Origin: Haliotis rubra | Lineage: Eukaryota | NCBI RefSeq assembly: GCF_003918875.1 | Contig: NW_025765015.1 | Location: 1,178,001 to 1,242,000, forward strand | Direction of reading: 5' to 3' | Length of the DNA: 64,000 nt | Shown here: piece by piece, positions 52,586 to 64,000 of the stretch | Layout of the letters: the number at the start of each line of letters is the position of its first letter | Numbering within the stretch: position 1 is the stretch's first letter | Notes under the pieces: model-generated | The model's input: the letters and a program-made list of their open reading frames with translations, nothing else | The model's database searches: none | Told to the model about the DNA's origin: nothing | Translations under genes and position numbers: made by a program

Positions 52586-53761
52586 CAGACAAGACCTTGG
52601 TGGTATATCCTGACTCATTAGGTAGTTCACTTTACATATATATACGACACAAGGTTGTCTTACTTCATAAATATAACAGTCAGACAAGACCTTGGTGGTA
52701 TATCCTGACTCATTTAATGGGTAGTTCACTTTACATATATATACAACACAAGGTTGTCTTACTTCATAAATATACGAGATAGACAAGACCTTGGTGGTAC
52801 AGTGAGACCTCGGATACCCGGACCCCAGATATCCGGAAACCTCGCCTTCCGGTCAATTTTTAGTAGAAAAAAACAATCTCTTACGTTATAAAAGTGACTG
52901 TCTATAACGGATATTCGGTTTCCGTTTCCGGACGGTACATTTTACAAACAAACCGGCTAAATCAACATAAAATTGACTCACCTATCCGCACGAAGCTTTG
53001 ATCTACCGCTAACCGTGTGAAGGGAAGTGCGAGAGTCCCACGTGTTTTGACATGAGACATGGTCGGCTAATCCGGATTAATGATCGTCAAGGTATTGGTG
53101 GTGATTAGAAGGCCTAGCTGACACTGAGTTAACCATTGAGTTCTAACTGTTAAGTTGTTTATTCAGTTAAAGCAATAAAAGTGCAGTGTGTCGATATTCA
53201 AGTCAGTTGGTCTTTCAATTGATCACAAATGGCTAGTCAACCTACTAAACGCAAGCTACGCAGTGACAGCCAAGGAAAAGAAAGAGATATGTCTTTACAA
53301 AGAACAAAATCCCAAAGTAAGCTTTGATAACATAAGCAAACATTTTGGACCACGTTGTTTCGGAAGTGATTTCAACCCCGAAGTGTATGCTCGCTACAGA
53401 TTCAACACTAAAGCCTGGAGCGGCACCCAGTGTAAGCAGTCCTCAATGAAAGACTTTTTCAAAACTGAATAATTGTAAAAGTACGATTGTTATGTTGTGA
53501 TGCTGTTTTTTGAATGTCTATACATGTACAATAAACGCTTGATGATCATAAACATTTTGGATTTTCCTTGAGGTGTATGAAAACCAAAAATCCAGATATC
53601 CGGATATTCAATTATCCGGACGATTTACGTAAAAACGAATGTGTCCGGATATCCGAGGTCTTACTGTATATCCTGACTCATTAGGTAGTTCACTTTACAT
53701 ATATATACGACACAAGGTTGTCTTACTTCATAAATATACGAGATAGACAAGACCTTGGTGG
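52586..53761. repeat. ~95-bp tandem repeat (~3.2 copies) interrupted by a pogo-type element
   Basis: AGACAAGACCTTGGTGGTATATCCTGACTCATT at ~52587, ~52682, ~52781 (split) and a partial copy at ~53744. Confidence 0.92.
52800..53666 (+). mobile_element. pogo/Tigger (Tc1-mariner superfamily) internal-deletion derivative
   Basis: TIR CAGTGAGACCTCGGATACCCGGAC / GTCCGGATATCCGAGGTCTTACTG. TA TSD confirmed by empty sites in neighbouring tandem units. Remnant ORF has CENP-B/pogo-like N-terminus (TAKEKKEICLYKEQNPKVSFDNISKHF) and C-terminal KQSSMKDFF. Confidence 0.92.
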
Positions 53762-53769
53762 CATAATCT

Positions 53770-53961
53770 ACACACGTACCTCACTACATATATTGGACAC
53801 ACGTACCTCACTACATATATTGGACACACATGTACCTCACTACATATATTGGACACACACATACCTCACTACATATATTGGACACACACGTACCTCACTA
53901 CATATATTGGACACACACGTACCTCACTACATCTATTGGACACACATGTACCTCACTACAT
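53770..53961. repeat. Minisatellite, 27-29-bp unit, ~7 copies
   Basis: CACGTACCTCACTACATATATTGGACA. Confidence 0.95.
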
Positions 53962-54249
53962 GTATGAAAGAATCCTGAAATATTTATGATCAACTGCAGT
54001 GATGGAGTAGGTTGCTAATTAATTTTCAACATGATCCTGCCCTAGATCCACAATTTTCTGCCAATAGTACTGAAGTGCATGGATCCCACTGATGAAAAAG
54101 GCTTCCTCTGGATGGTGTAAAAAGTCCATCAAAGCAGAAGAGATAGTGTCACTATTTGCATCAAAGTGATTTCCATTCCCCGAGAGATGAACCTGGAAGG
54201 TTTCTGATCATGAGTTACAATCCTTGGAGCCCTGTGTGCTGTCCTGCTC

Positions 54250-55430
54250 AGTTGATTCCTTAAACTGTTCTCCCTCATGAGAGATAGCTGTATCGGGTAT
54301 GTGATGTAGTGATCAGTCCTCCAGCATATGTAGCATATCAGGCATTCTGTCAACATTTTATTTAGTGGTGGCAGTTGAAGGTTTTCTTGATCTTCAATCA
54401 TCTTCAAGGCTCTCTTCCCCTTAGAGCTCCACTATCCAACCTATAACAGTTGCAGCGGAAGGAGCATCACCCTGTAAAGTTGGCATGTCCTCATGGCTGG
54501 CTGTTGGAGTTGGCACTTTCTATTGGAGATACTTGATGTCCACTGGCAGTAACAGAGATTACACAAACACTTAGGATCACATATGCTGTCACTTTAGTTG
54601 TCTTCCTTTTCTGATGAAGTAAACAATAGATCTTGTGCTTTTTACGAAAAACAATGTATCAACAGTTAAGTACTCATATGAATGGCTAAATGGCTATATC
54701 ATTTTGATTATGTCGTTATGATTGTCTTCAGCATGTTGTATCCCCAACAGAGCAAGTACAACCATATCTCTCTCAGGATCCCAGTGTGTCATGTACAGAT
54801 AGCCAGCATGCTAGCATGATTTAGTACAGTCACAGACAGTATAGTAATGGTGCTTCTACAATACAAAATTGGCATTGGAATAGTATTGAATAGATAAATG
54901 GACTTTGCCTATTTGGATGATGTGACAATCTGAAACCTTGACCAGCATATCAATGGTGAGCTCCAGTACCTTTGCTAAGTATTGTGAAATAGTTTGAATG
55001 CTTCATGTTCTGAATGTATTTCCTGACCCTTGAGAAACTATTTCAGATATTCATAGAATGTATTTCCTCAAAAGAGTATGCTGTAAATGAGTACAGTATG
55101 CATATACCATGGCTAATGAGTAATGTACATATTGGAGCTGTAGCAGTGCATGTCCCACCGAAACTTGGAGTGAAGACAATGTTCCTTCATCTGCCAGTCT
55201 GCTAGGAAAAAGGAGCAGTAGAAATCCAGTGATCATAGTCCTCATTGACAAGTTACCTTTCAGGATTGTAATTCTGATCCAGTTCTCAATGCATTGTTTT
55301 GCTACAATTTGCAATCTGAAATCAATATGGGTGTGGTCAATGGGAATTCCCATATATTGTTTGAAGAATTGTGCTAAAGTTGAAGACAAAGTAGAGTCTG
55401 GAAATTCCTGTTCATGCCAGTTTTAAATGT
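54250..55430 (-). mobile_element. Highly decayed non-LTR (LINE) reverse-transcriptase relic
   Basis: Colinear weak motifs on - strand: IDHTH..RL....IENWI (ORF 55051-55389), AKVLELTID.......HI (~54920-54975), KRALKMI (~54400-54420), LQLPPL (ORF 54129-54407). Confidence 0.35.
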
Positions 55431-55453
55431 TGTCCGACTTGATATGAAACATG

Positions 55454-56130
55454 AGAGATGTTGTATCTTTGACCTGTATCTACCACATAAAGAGATGTAT
55501 CTTTGACCTGTATCTACCACATAAAGAGATGTATCTTTGACCTATATCTACCACATAAAGAGATGTTGTATCTTTGACCTGTATCTACCACATAAAGAGA
55601 TGTTGTATCTTTGACCTGTATCTACCACATAAAGAGATGTATCTTTGACCTGTATCTACCACATACATAAAGAGATGTATTTTTGACCTGTATCTGCCAC
55701 ATACATAAAGAGATGTTGTATCTTTGACCTGTATCTACCACATAAAGAGATGTTGTATCTTTGACCTGTATCTACCACATAAAGAGATGTTGTATCTTTG
55801 ACCTATATCTACCACATAAAGAGATGTTGTATCTTTGACCTGTATCTACCACATAAAAAAGAGATGTTGTATCTTTGACCTGTATCTACCACATAAAGAG
55901 ATGTTGTATCTTTGACCTGTATCTACCACATAAAGAGATGTTGTATCTTTGACCTGTATCTGCCACATAAAGAGATGTTGTATCTTTGACCTATATCTAC
56001 CACATAAAGAGATGTTGTATCTTTGACCTGTATCTACCACATAAAGAGATGTATCTTTGACCTGTATCTGCCACATAAAGAGATGTTGTATCTTTGACCT
56101 GTATCTGCCACATAAAGAGATGTTGTATCT
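55454..56130. repeat. Minisatellite, 37-bp unit (34-bp variant), ~18 copies
   Basis: GAGATGTTGTATCTTTGACCTGTATCTACCACATAAA. Confidence 0.98.
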
Positions 56131-56744
56131 CTCAAATCGTTTGTCACGCACAATTGTCAGAGTTTTGTTTAAAACTGAAAGATGCTAGCATGCATGAGCA
56201 TGCAAAACACCAAAAGTAGCATGTCAACAAATCTGTACTGAACTATGCAAGTAAATCTTGTCGTTACACTTTCTGTAAAATAGTGTACATTGTATGTCAT
56301 AACTTTAATAATTTTATTCAGAATGAACTGATCTTCATATATCTCCAACTCACTTTTATTTACATTTTACCATGATGAGATTTCAGTTAATTACCTGCTG
56401 AAATGAGCATTAGTATTCAGAGCATGGATACATATATCACAAATAACATATTTTCATTTTTTGTTTGACATCTATTTGTGTTACATTGTTATCTAGATTG
56501 AAAAAGGAAGTCGAAAGGAAGCTCCAAAAGGAAGCCTTGTCAAACTTTCCATATGTAAACAATGGACAGCAGATGTGCCGAACAGCTACACTTTTGGCTA
56601 TTAGTATTATAAATATTTTATTGTGAAAGCTACAACTGCAATAACCCTATTAGAATATATAATTGCTAGTAAAAATTATTGTTGCTTATACAGTATATTC
56701 AATCCCAGCTTCATAATTCTTTTCATATATATCACTCAGAAATC

Positions 56745-57307
56745 TTAATCCTACACTTACAGAATAGCGGATACCTAATTATATACATTCTATTGTGCGT
56801 GTGAGGCTCCTTTATATAGAAGAAACAGAGAGCGTGAGCCTGCGAGCGATCCAATAAAAATACGAATTTAAGGTAAAAAATAAGGTTAAAATCGAATTCC
56901 TCACCTTACTTCCGGTTTAGGAAACCTAAAGTTGGGATTTTAACAGCATTCACTGACGTAAACTGAGTAAAAAGTAATCGTGTGTTCAAATTTTATTCAA
57001 ATGCATGCTGGGAAAGGAACTCTACAGTGTGGGAACACTCTGATGGTAAGTGTTTTTTGATTGGTAAGGTAAGGTAGGTAAGGCTTTTAAATAAAGGGGG
57101 GTACCCCCTTTACCCCCATTATATTACCTTTTTTAGCTTTAATATTGTTTAATATTTAATATTTAATATTGAACGGTGCTTCAACACAGCCTTCATTCAT
57201 GGCGTGCCGTTGCTAAGGAAACAAAACGGAAGTTCGCAAAAATAAATGCGTAATCAAAATAGAAATGGCGGATAGGTATCCGGTATTCTGTAATCTTGCC
57301 ATCTTAA
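56745..57307. mobile_element. Non-autonomous element with 21-bp subterminal inverted repeats
   Basis: TTACAGAATAGCGGATACCTA (56757-56777) versus TAGGTATCCGGTATTCTGTAA (57273-57293), one mismatch. TTAA lies ~10 bp outside each. CpG-richer interior with an AAGGGGGGTACCCCCTT hairpin. Confidence 0.65.
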
Positions 57308-57699
57308 TCTCTGTATATAAAACAATGCCAGGCAGAACAGGAAGTACAGTTAAATTGTAAATCAACATGTCCAGTGATGTTTTTTCACAAAATTCATTCC
57401 ATTGAACAATTTTGTCAACTTCTGTTTTGTAATGTTCCTGATTGTACACAGTACACAAAATGACCCTCAAAAGCAAAACCCCGAAAACTGTGTCCATGAA
57501 AGTTCTGCATATTGGGCTCGTTTTCAAATATCTGAATACTCTGGTGAACAGAGATATTAATGGCTCTCATTTTTGTTATGGCTTCATTCATCTCTGACAC
57601 AAGTAGTGTTTGAAGATCTTTGCTTTGGGATCAGTAGGATTTGCAAGTGACTGTGGTTTGTGTGAAAATCAAACCCTGGTCGCTGCAATAGTTGTGTGT

Positions 57700-58545
57700 A
57701 CAGGGGTACAAGAAGACAGTGTGTGTCTGGGCTCTTCATGACACAGGGGAACAGCACGACGGTGTGTGTCTGGGCTCTCCATGACACAGGGGTACTGGAA
57801 GACGGTGTGTGTCTGGGCTCTCCATGACACAGGGGTACTGGAAGACGGTGTGTGTCTGGGCTCTCCATGACACAGGGGTACAGGAAGACGGTGTGTGTCT
57901 GGGCTCTCCATGACACAGGGGTACAGCAAGACGGTGTGTGTCCCGGCTCTCCATGACACAGGGGTACAGGAAGACAGTGTGTGTCTGGGCTCTTCATGAC
58001 AGGGGTACAGGAAGATGGTGTGTGTCTGGGCTCTCCATGACACAGGGGTACAGGAAGTTGGTGTGTGTCTGGGCTCTCCATGACACAGGGGTACAGGAAG
58101 TTGGTGTGTGTCTGGGCTCTTCATGACAGGGGTACAGGAAGTCGGTGTGTGTCTGGGCTCTCCATGACACAGGGGTACTGGAAGACGGTGTGTGTCTGGG
58201 CTCTTCATGACACAGGGGTACAGGAAGTCGGTGTGTGTCTGGGCTCTCCATGACACAGGGGTACAGGAAGTTGGTGTGTGTCTGGGCTCTCCATGACACA
58301 GGGGTACAGGAAGTTGGTGTGTGTCTGGGCTCTTCATGACAGGGGTACAGGAAGTCGGTGTGTGTCTGGGCTCTCCATGACACAGGGGTACAGGAAGTCG
58401 GTGTGTGTCTGGGCTCTCCATGACACAGGGGTACAGGAAGTTGGTGTGTGTCTGGGCTCTCCATGGCACAGGTACAGGAAGTCAGCATGTGTCTGGGCTC
58501 TCCATGACACAGGTACAGGAAGTCAGCATGTGTCTGGGCAGGGGT
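57700..58545. repeat. Minisatellite, ~43-bp unit (41-44), ~20 copies
   Basis: CATGACACAGGGGTACAGGAAGACGGTGTGTGTCTGGGCTCTC. Confidence 0.98.
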
Positions 58546-58860
58546 ATAAGAAGACTGCAACAATGGAGGCAGGTAATCTCACTCACGCCTGCTGCAAGTG
58601 AGCTTTCTCATCACAGCATCTCAGTTACATTAGTTGCAGAGATTGAAATAGGCTATAGCTGGTGGTGATGACAGTGTAGATTCTTCAGTGCCTATCAAAC
58701 AAGGTTTGTGGGTAGTGCACTTTTCAACATGCTCCTTAGGCTTTGATCAGGTGCGGAATCATAATTATTACATCGGAAATGTTTGCACACTGAAATATTG
58801 ATTTTACCTTATTTCTGACTTTTTGAGAAGTTTATTTTTCTGCCTGTCTATTTTTGTTAG

Positions 58861-58902
58861 GGGATGGTTTATTAATGGAAACGGCTTTGACTTCAACCCC
58901 GA
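58861..58902 (+). CDS. Candidate 42-nt frame-preserving cassette exon of the IRBIT gene ((G)DGLLMETALTSTP)
   Basis: Long pyrimidine tract TTTATTTTTCTGCCTGTCTATTTTTGTTAG|, donor CGA|GTAAGC, length divisible by 3, open in phase 1. Confidence 0.4.
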
Positions 58903-59717
58903 GTAAGCCTCAAGTTATTGATTAAATGCAAATACTGATGAAATTGGTGTAGACTGATAAACTAATAAATTCCCAGTTTGGTGTACTGGGCAATCACCGG
59001 TGTTGCTGATTGGCTGTCAGATAGGTACCCACAGCTCAGTGTTTGCTTGCCTTAATCACGTGTATTATATGATGAAAGGCTGGCAAATCCTTACAGGTTA
59101 AAAAAGGCGAGACTAATCTCACAATTCTATTGTGATCAAACATAACCGTCTCTGCTAATTTGAGAGCTTGGTTATTTTCCCCCTGTGTGTGAATGGACTG
59201 TTCCATGGCTGTGTGAGATCCACCATAGACGGATGGGAGAGATCCTGCTTTGTGGAGTGCAGGTTGTTATCTAGTGCTATAGGAAGTCAGTCAGGGAGTT
59301 GAAGCAAGCTTACAACCACAACACAGGTCCTGGCCAACCCTACGTCAGCTGGCATCTGAAAGGCAGTGTGTGTTCAGTGAGTGGGAGAAGACTGGCTGTG
59401 CTAGCCAAGGTGCCCTCTGATTCCTCCATGCAGTAGCCTCCCTCTCTCTGCTGCTGCGGCTGCTGAAGGGATCAACTCAATTGATTGGAGATTTGTTATT
59501 GTCTGACACTGTGTGAGGTGTGAGAGGAAGGGGACGAGTGTCATGGTAAGACAAGTGTCGTAGTCCTAGTCACCCCTCCGCCCATATAGAGGACGTACCC
59601 ACAAGCTTGTGTTTACCTGTCTGGGTGCCACTGTCACAGGAGTACCAAGGCAGACGCCTGCACCAGCTGTATATTGCATCTCAGCTGTACAGTTCAACCT
59701 TGTAAATACACACAGTT

Positions 59718-59961
59718 ATGTCGGAGATTCTAGCAAAGAAGTTCCTAAGCTTCAAGACTAACTCCAGTGAGAACTTTGACAAGTTTCATGAAGGTGAGAA
59801 GATGCAGAACATGGTGGATGAAGAGGGTGAGGACGCATACCGTGCTCGTGCTGGACGTAAACGTCACAGTGTCCAGCTGGACAAGCGTCTCACCCAGCAG
59901 CTGATGGCCATTCAGGACAGGAGGTCCAGCACCACCAGCACCGGCACACTCGATTCTCTCT
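59718..59961 (+). CDS. AHCYL1: Candidate alternative first coding exon of the IRBIT/AHCYL gene (81 codons + 1 nt)
   Basis: Non-repetitive ATG-initiated ORF with protein-like composition (MSEILAKKFLSFK...RRSSTTSTGTLDSL). Ends at a consensus donor T|GTAAGT in phase 1, the same phase as the 38521 donor. Preceded by a GC-richer UTR-like tract. Assignment to this gene is inferred. Confidence 0.65.
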
Positions 59962-60217
59962 GTAAGTCACCTAGCTAGGGCCACGGTCACAGTATATGCT
60001 GTCATGCTTCACCTCATATGTTTCTATAGGCTGATCATTTAGCATCACAGATGCATGTACTTGTTTAATGTATTATTGATATTTCATTAAATGATCATCA
60101 AGTATGAATGATTCCCAGTAGATGACTACAAACACTGAGGATTTAATTTGCTTTTGCGTTTGTTTATGATTGATCTTCCAGATGTTGTAAATGTGGTAAA
60201 TGATCATTTGTGTACTC

Positions 60218-62342
60218 TACCACAGTACTCCTCACCCCACCTACCACAGTACTCCTCACCCCACCTACCACAGTACTCCTCACCCCACCTACCACCAGTG
60301 TTCCCCACCCCATCTACCGCAGTACTCCTCACCCCACCTACCACAGTACTCCTCACCCCACCTACCACCAGTGTTCCCCACCCCATCTACCACCAGTGTT
60401 CCCCACCCCATCTACCACAGTACTCCTCACCCCACCTACCACCAGTGTTCCCCACCCCATCTCTACCACCAGTGTACCCCTCACCAACCTGCCACAGTAC
60501 TCCTCACCCCACCTACCACCAGTGTTCCCCACCCCATCTACCACCAGTGTACCCCACCCAACCTGCCACAGTACTCCTCACCCCACCTATCACAAGTGTT
60601 CCCCACCCCACCTACCACCAGTGTTCCCCACCCCATCTACCACCAGTGTTCCCCACCCATCCTGCCACAGTACTCCTCACCCCACCTACCACAAGTGTTC
60701 CCCACCCCACCTACCACCAGTGTTCCCCACCCCATCTACCACCAGTGTTCCCCACTCCACCTGCCACAGTACTCCTCACCCCACCTACCACAAGTGTTCC
60801 CCACCCCACCTACCACCAGTGTGCACCCCACCCCACCTACCACCAGTGTTCCCCACCCCATCTACCACCAGTGTTCCCCACCCCATCTACCACCAGTGTT
60901 CCCCATCCCACCTACCACTAGTGTTCCCCTGGCCCCTCCTACCACAAGTGTTCCCCACCCCACCTGTCACAGTACTCCCTCACCCCACCTACCACCAGTG
61001 TTCCCCACCCCATCTACCACCAGCATTCCCCAACTCACGTGCCACAGTACTCCTCACCCCACCTACCACAAGTGTTCCCCACCCCACCTGTCACAGTACT
61101 CTCCTCACCCCACCTACCACAAGTGTTCCCCATCCTACCTATCACCAGTGTTCCCCACCCCATCTACCACCAGTGTTCCCCACCCCACCTGCCACAGTAC
61201 TCCTCACCCCACCTACCACAAGTGTTCCCCACCCCACCTGCCACAGTACTCCCTCACCCCATCTACCACCAGTGTTCCCCACCCCACCTGCCACAGTATT
61301 CCCCACCTCACCTACCACAAGTGTTCCCCACCCCACCTACCACCAGTGTTCCCCACCCCATCTACCACCAGTGTTCCCCACCCCACCTGCCACATTTCTC
61401 CTCACCCCATCTACTGCCGTGTTCCCCACCCCATCTACCACCAGTGTTCCCCACCCCCACCTACCACCAGTGTTCCCACACCCCACCTACCACCAGTGTT
61501 CCCCACCCCATCTACCACCAGTGTTCCCCACCCCACCTGCCACATTTCTCCTCACCCCATCTACTGCCAGTGTTCCCCACCCCATCTACCACCAGTGTTC
61601 CCCACCCCACCTACCACCAGTGTTCTCCACCCCACCTACCGCCAGTGTTCCCCACCCCACCTACCGCCAGTGTTCTCCACCCCACCCACAGCCAGTGTTC
61701 CCCACCCCACCTACCGCCAGTGTTCCCCACCCCACCTACCACCAGTGTTCCCCACCCCATCTACCACCAGTGTTCCCCACCCCACCTACCACCAGTGTTC
61801 CTAATCCCACTCCACACCCACCTACCACCAGTGTTACCCACCCCACCTACCACCAGTGTTCCCAAACCCACCTACCACCAGTGTTCCCCACCCCACCTAC
61901 CACCAGTGTTTCCACACCCCACCTACCACCAGTGTTCTCCACCCCACCTACCACCAGTGTTCCCCACCCCACCTACCACCAGTGTTCTCCACCCCACCCA
62001 CCGCCAGTGTTCCCAACCCCACCTACCACCAGTGTTCCCCCACCCCACCTACCACCAGTGTTCCCCACCCCATCTACCACCAGTGTTCCCCACCCCACCT
62101 ACCACCAGTGTTCCTAATCCCACTCCACACCCACCTACCACCAGTGTTACCCACCCCACCTACCACCAGTGTTCCCAAACCCACCTACCACCAGTGTTTC
62201 CCACCCCACCTGCCACAGTACTCCTCACCCCACCTGCCACAAGTGTTCCCCACCCCACCTACCACCAGTGTTCCCCACCCCACCTGCCACAGTGTTCCTC
62301 ACCCCACCTACCACAAGTGTTCCCCACCCTACCTGCCACTGT
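60218..62342. repeat. C-rich minisatellite, 24/25-bp units, ~85 copies
   Basis: CCCCACCTACCACCAGTGTTCCCCA / CCCCACCTACCACAGTACTCCTCA. Source of the 635-, 534- and 448-aa Pro/Thr-rich ORFs. Confidence 0.98.
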
Positions 62343-64000
62343 GATCAAATTACTAATTTGTTTTTACCGTTATAAAATCAAGTGAACAAAGCTCTGGTAT
62401 CTCCCTTGAGTGTTTGTTGTGCATGTCCTGTAGGTTGTGGTAGGGTAAACATCCATGAGGTCTTGATTGGTATTGGTGTGATAGCTACCTTTGACATTAA
62501 TTTCTTGTTCCCTTTCAAAATCAGTCAGTGGATTTCCACCGGTTGCCATCAGAAACCGCTATCAAGTCTCCAGGACTTTCACGTGGTGCTTGATGCTATC
62601 ACAGAGCCATGACAGCACTGATTGCAATCTGCACTCACCTGCAGGTCGTGTGTGGCCCAGGAAACACTGCACAATAGTACTGTTCCCATGATTCTTGATA
62701 CAGGTGTTGCTAGCTGAAACTGCCTTTTGTGGCACTAGCCATACACAGAAATACTTGTTGTTTCCTGATGTAAATGATATAGATCTGAGCTTGATCCCAT
62801 GGGAAACCTGCACTGCAACCCATTCTTCTTTCTAATGAAGGTAACAATAGCCTTGTTTGTGGGCATTGATTGAGTGGTGTATGTGTGGTGTGTCCCTCGG
62901 ATATGGCAGTGCTGTTTCCTGGGCCGTATACGTGGGACAGGCACTATAGTGCTCACATTCCATTCACAGTGAGGAACCAACAGCAGGAAACACTAAGGGT
63001 GACCACCTTACATCTTGACCTCAGCTAGTGATGGGGTGTCATTATGTAGCGTTTAGTTGTTCCACTAACTTGATCGCTAATCAGAAGATTTAGTTTGATT
63101 GATCAGTACAGTAAGGACACTGGTTCAGTGTGGGATTACCATAACACCGTGGCAGGTAGAGGTGATGGGGTGGCCATCTTGTCTTGATGCTGGCTTCTGA
63201 GTGGCTGTTCAAGGCAATAGGTTTTTAGTATCAGAATCTATGGCTGCCAGGGATGCAGTGTATCATGTTATAATAAATATTTTTTTTATGTAAACTGTGT
63301 AATGACTTTCTGGATGAAGTTATCATGGTAGGACGTGTACAGTCTCTGGCTGAACACACACAGAGGTATAAGACAAAATATTATGGATATCAACTTCCTA
63401 TTTCATTGTATATACGATAAAGAAGAAGTCGACATCCATAATATTTGTCTCATGTTGGAATACCAACTTCGATATGCCTCTCAAGAACCTCAAGTCCAAA
63501 GAGTATATTACTATTGTGTTGCCTTGTAACAGTGATGCTAAGCGTCTCAGTAGTGTGCTCGATTAGTAAACCTGCCATGACATGTGCTATTGTGCTGTTA
63601 TGACATGCCACCACTTACGTGTCCATAAGGACCTTATTACTGGTTGTTGATGAACCAGGTCTACTGGGGAAATACAGAATGTAGAGGTAATGGTTGCCTT
63701 GAGAACATACTGACTGGAAAACATAGCCATGGTGCACACCGCTGACCATACAGTAGCTACAGTCTGGCACTATGTATTATGTTCCACCCTTTCTATGGTT
63801 ACCATGGAAACTGGATGCTCATTACCCTTTTAACTGAAAAACATGTAATAATTGATATGATGCTGACAATGTACAGGTTTTTACCTCAATCGAAGATACT
63901 TCACTTTGTCTATAGGTGTTGTCATAGTGCAGCTTATGTTAGCCCCGATACAGATGAAGAAAGTCATTAGTGCATCTGCCAGAACTATGTGGGACACCAA

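Noticed and set aside
60148-62385. Mucin/extensin-like Pro-Thr-rich ORFs up to 635 aa
   Set aside because: C-rich 24/25-bp minisatellite open in all three + frames
63933-63970. GTGCAG|CT TAT GTT AGC CCC GAT ACA GAT GAA GAA (AYVSPDTDEESH) resembling the next IRBIT exon in phase 1
   Set aside because: Poor pyrimidine tract, immediate TAG stop and no PREK continuation; probably chance, though a short terminal exon cannot be excluded

Overview
Eukaryotic (animal) genomic DNA that is almost entirely intronic. The SINE tails and very dense minisatellites suggest a mollusc such as abalone (Haliotis); this is inference. The one clearly recognisable coding piece is an 85-nt + strand exon (38437-38521) encoding EIKYNLTPNRPRIHSRSVSQSSTDSYSS. 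This is the serine-rich regulatory segment of IRBIT/AHCYL1-2 (adenosylhomocysteinase-like protein). Around it lie phase-compatible candidate exons: an upstream first coding exon (13437-13508), a 42-nt cassette (58861-58902) and an internal alternative first coding exon (59718-59961). The last would replace the canonical phospho-ladder with a different, similarly spaced one. The SAH-hydrolase-like exons are not seen and should lie beyond position 64000. About 18 kb (roughly 28%, summed by eye) is ~19 mostly unrelated minisatellite arrays, and these explain nearly all long ORFs in the ORF track. Also present: tRNA-derived SINEs with 13-bp TSDs, a Kolobok derivative, a pogo/Tigger derivative, hAT-like MITEs with 5- and 6-bp TSDs, a 2.5-kb TIR element, four hairpin-headed (Crypton-like) elements, decayed retroelement relics and a 154-N gap. 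All calls were made by eye, with no database searches.
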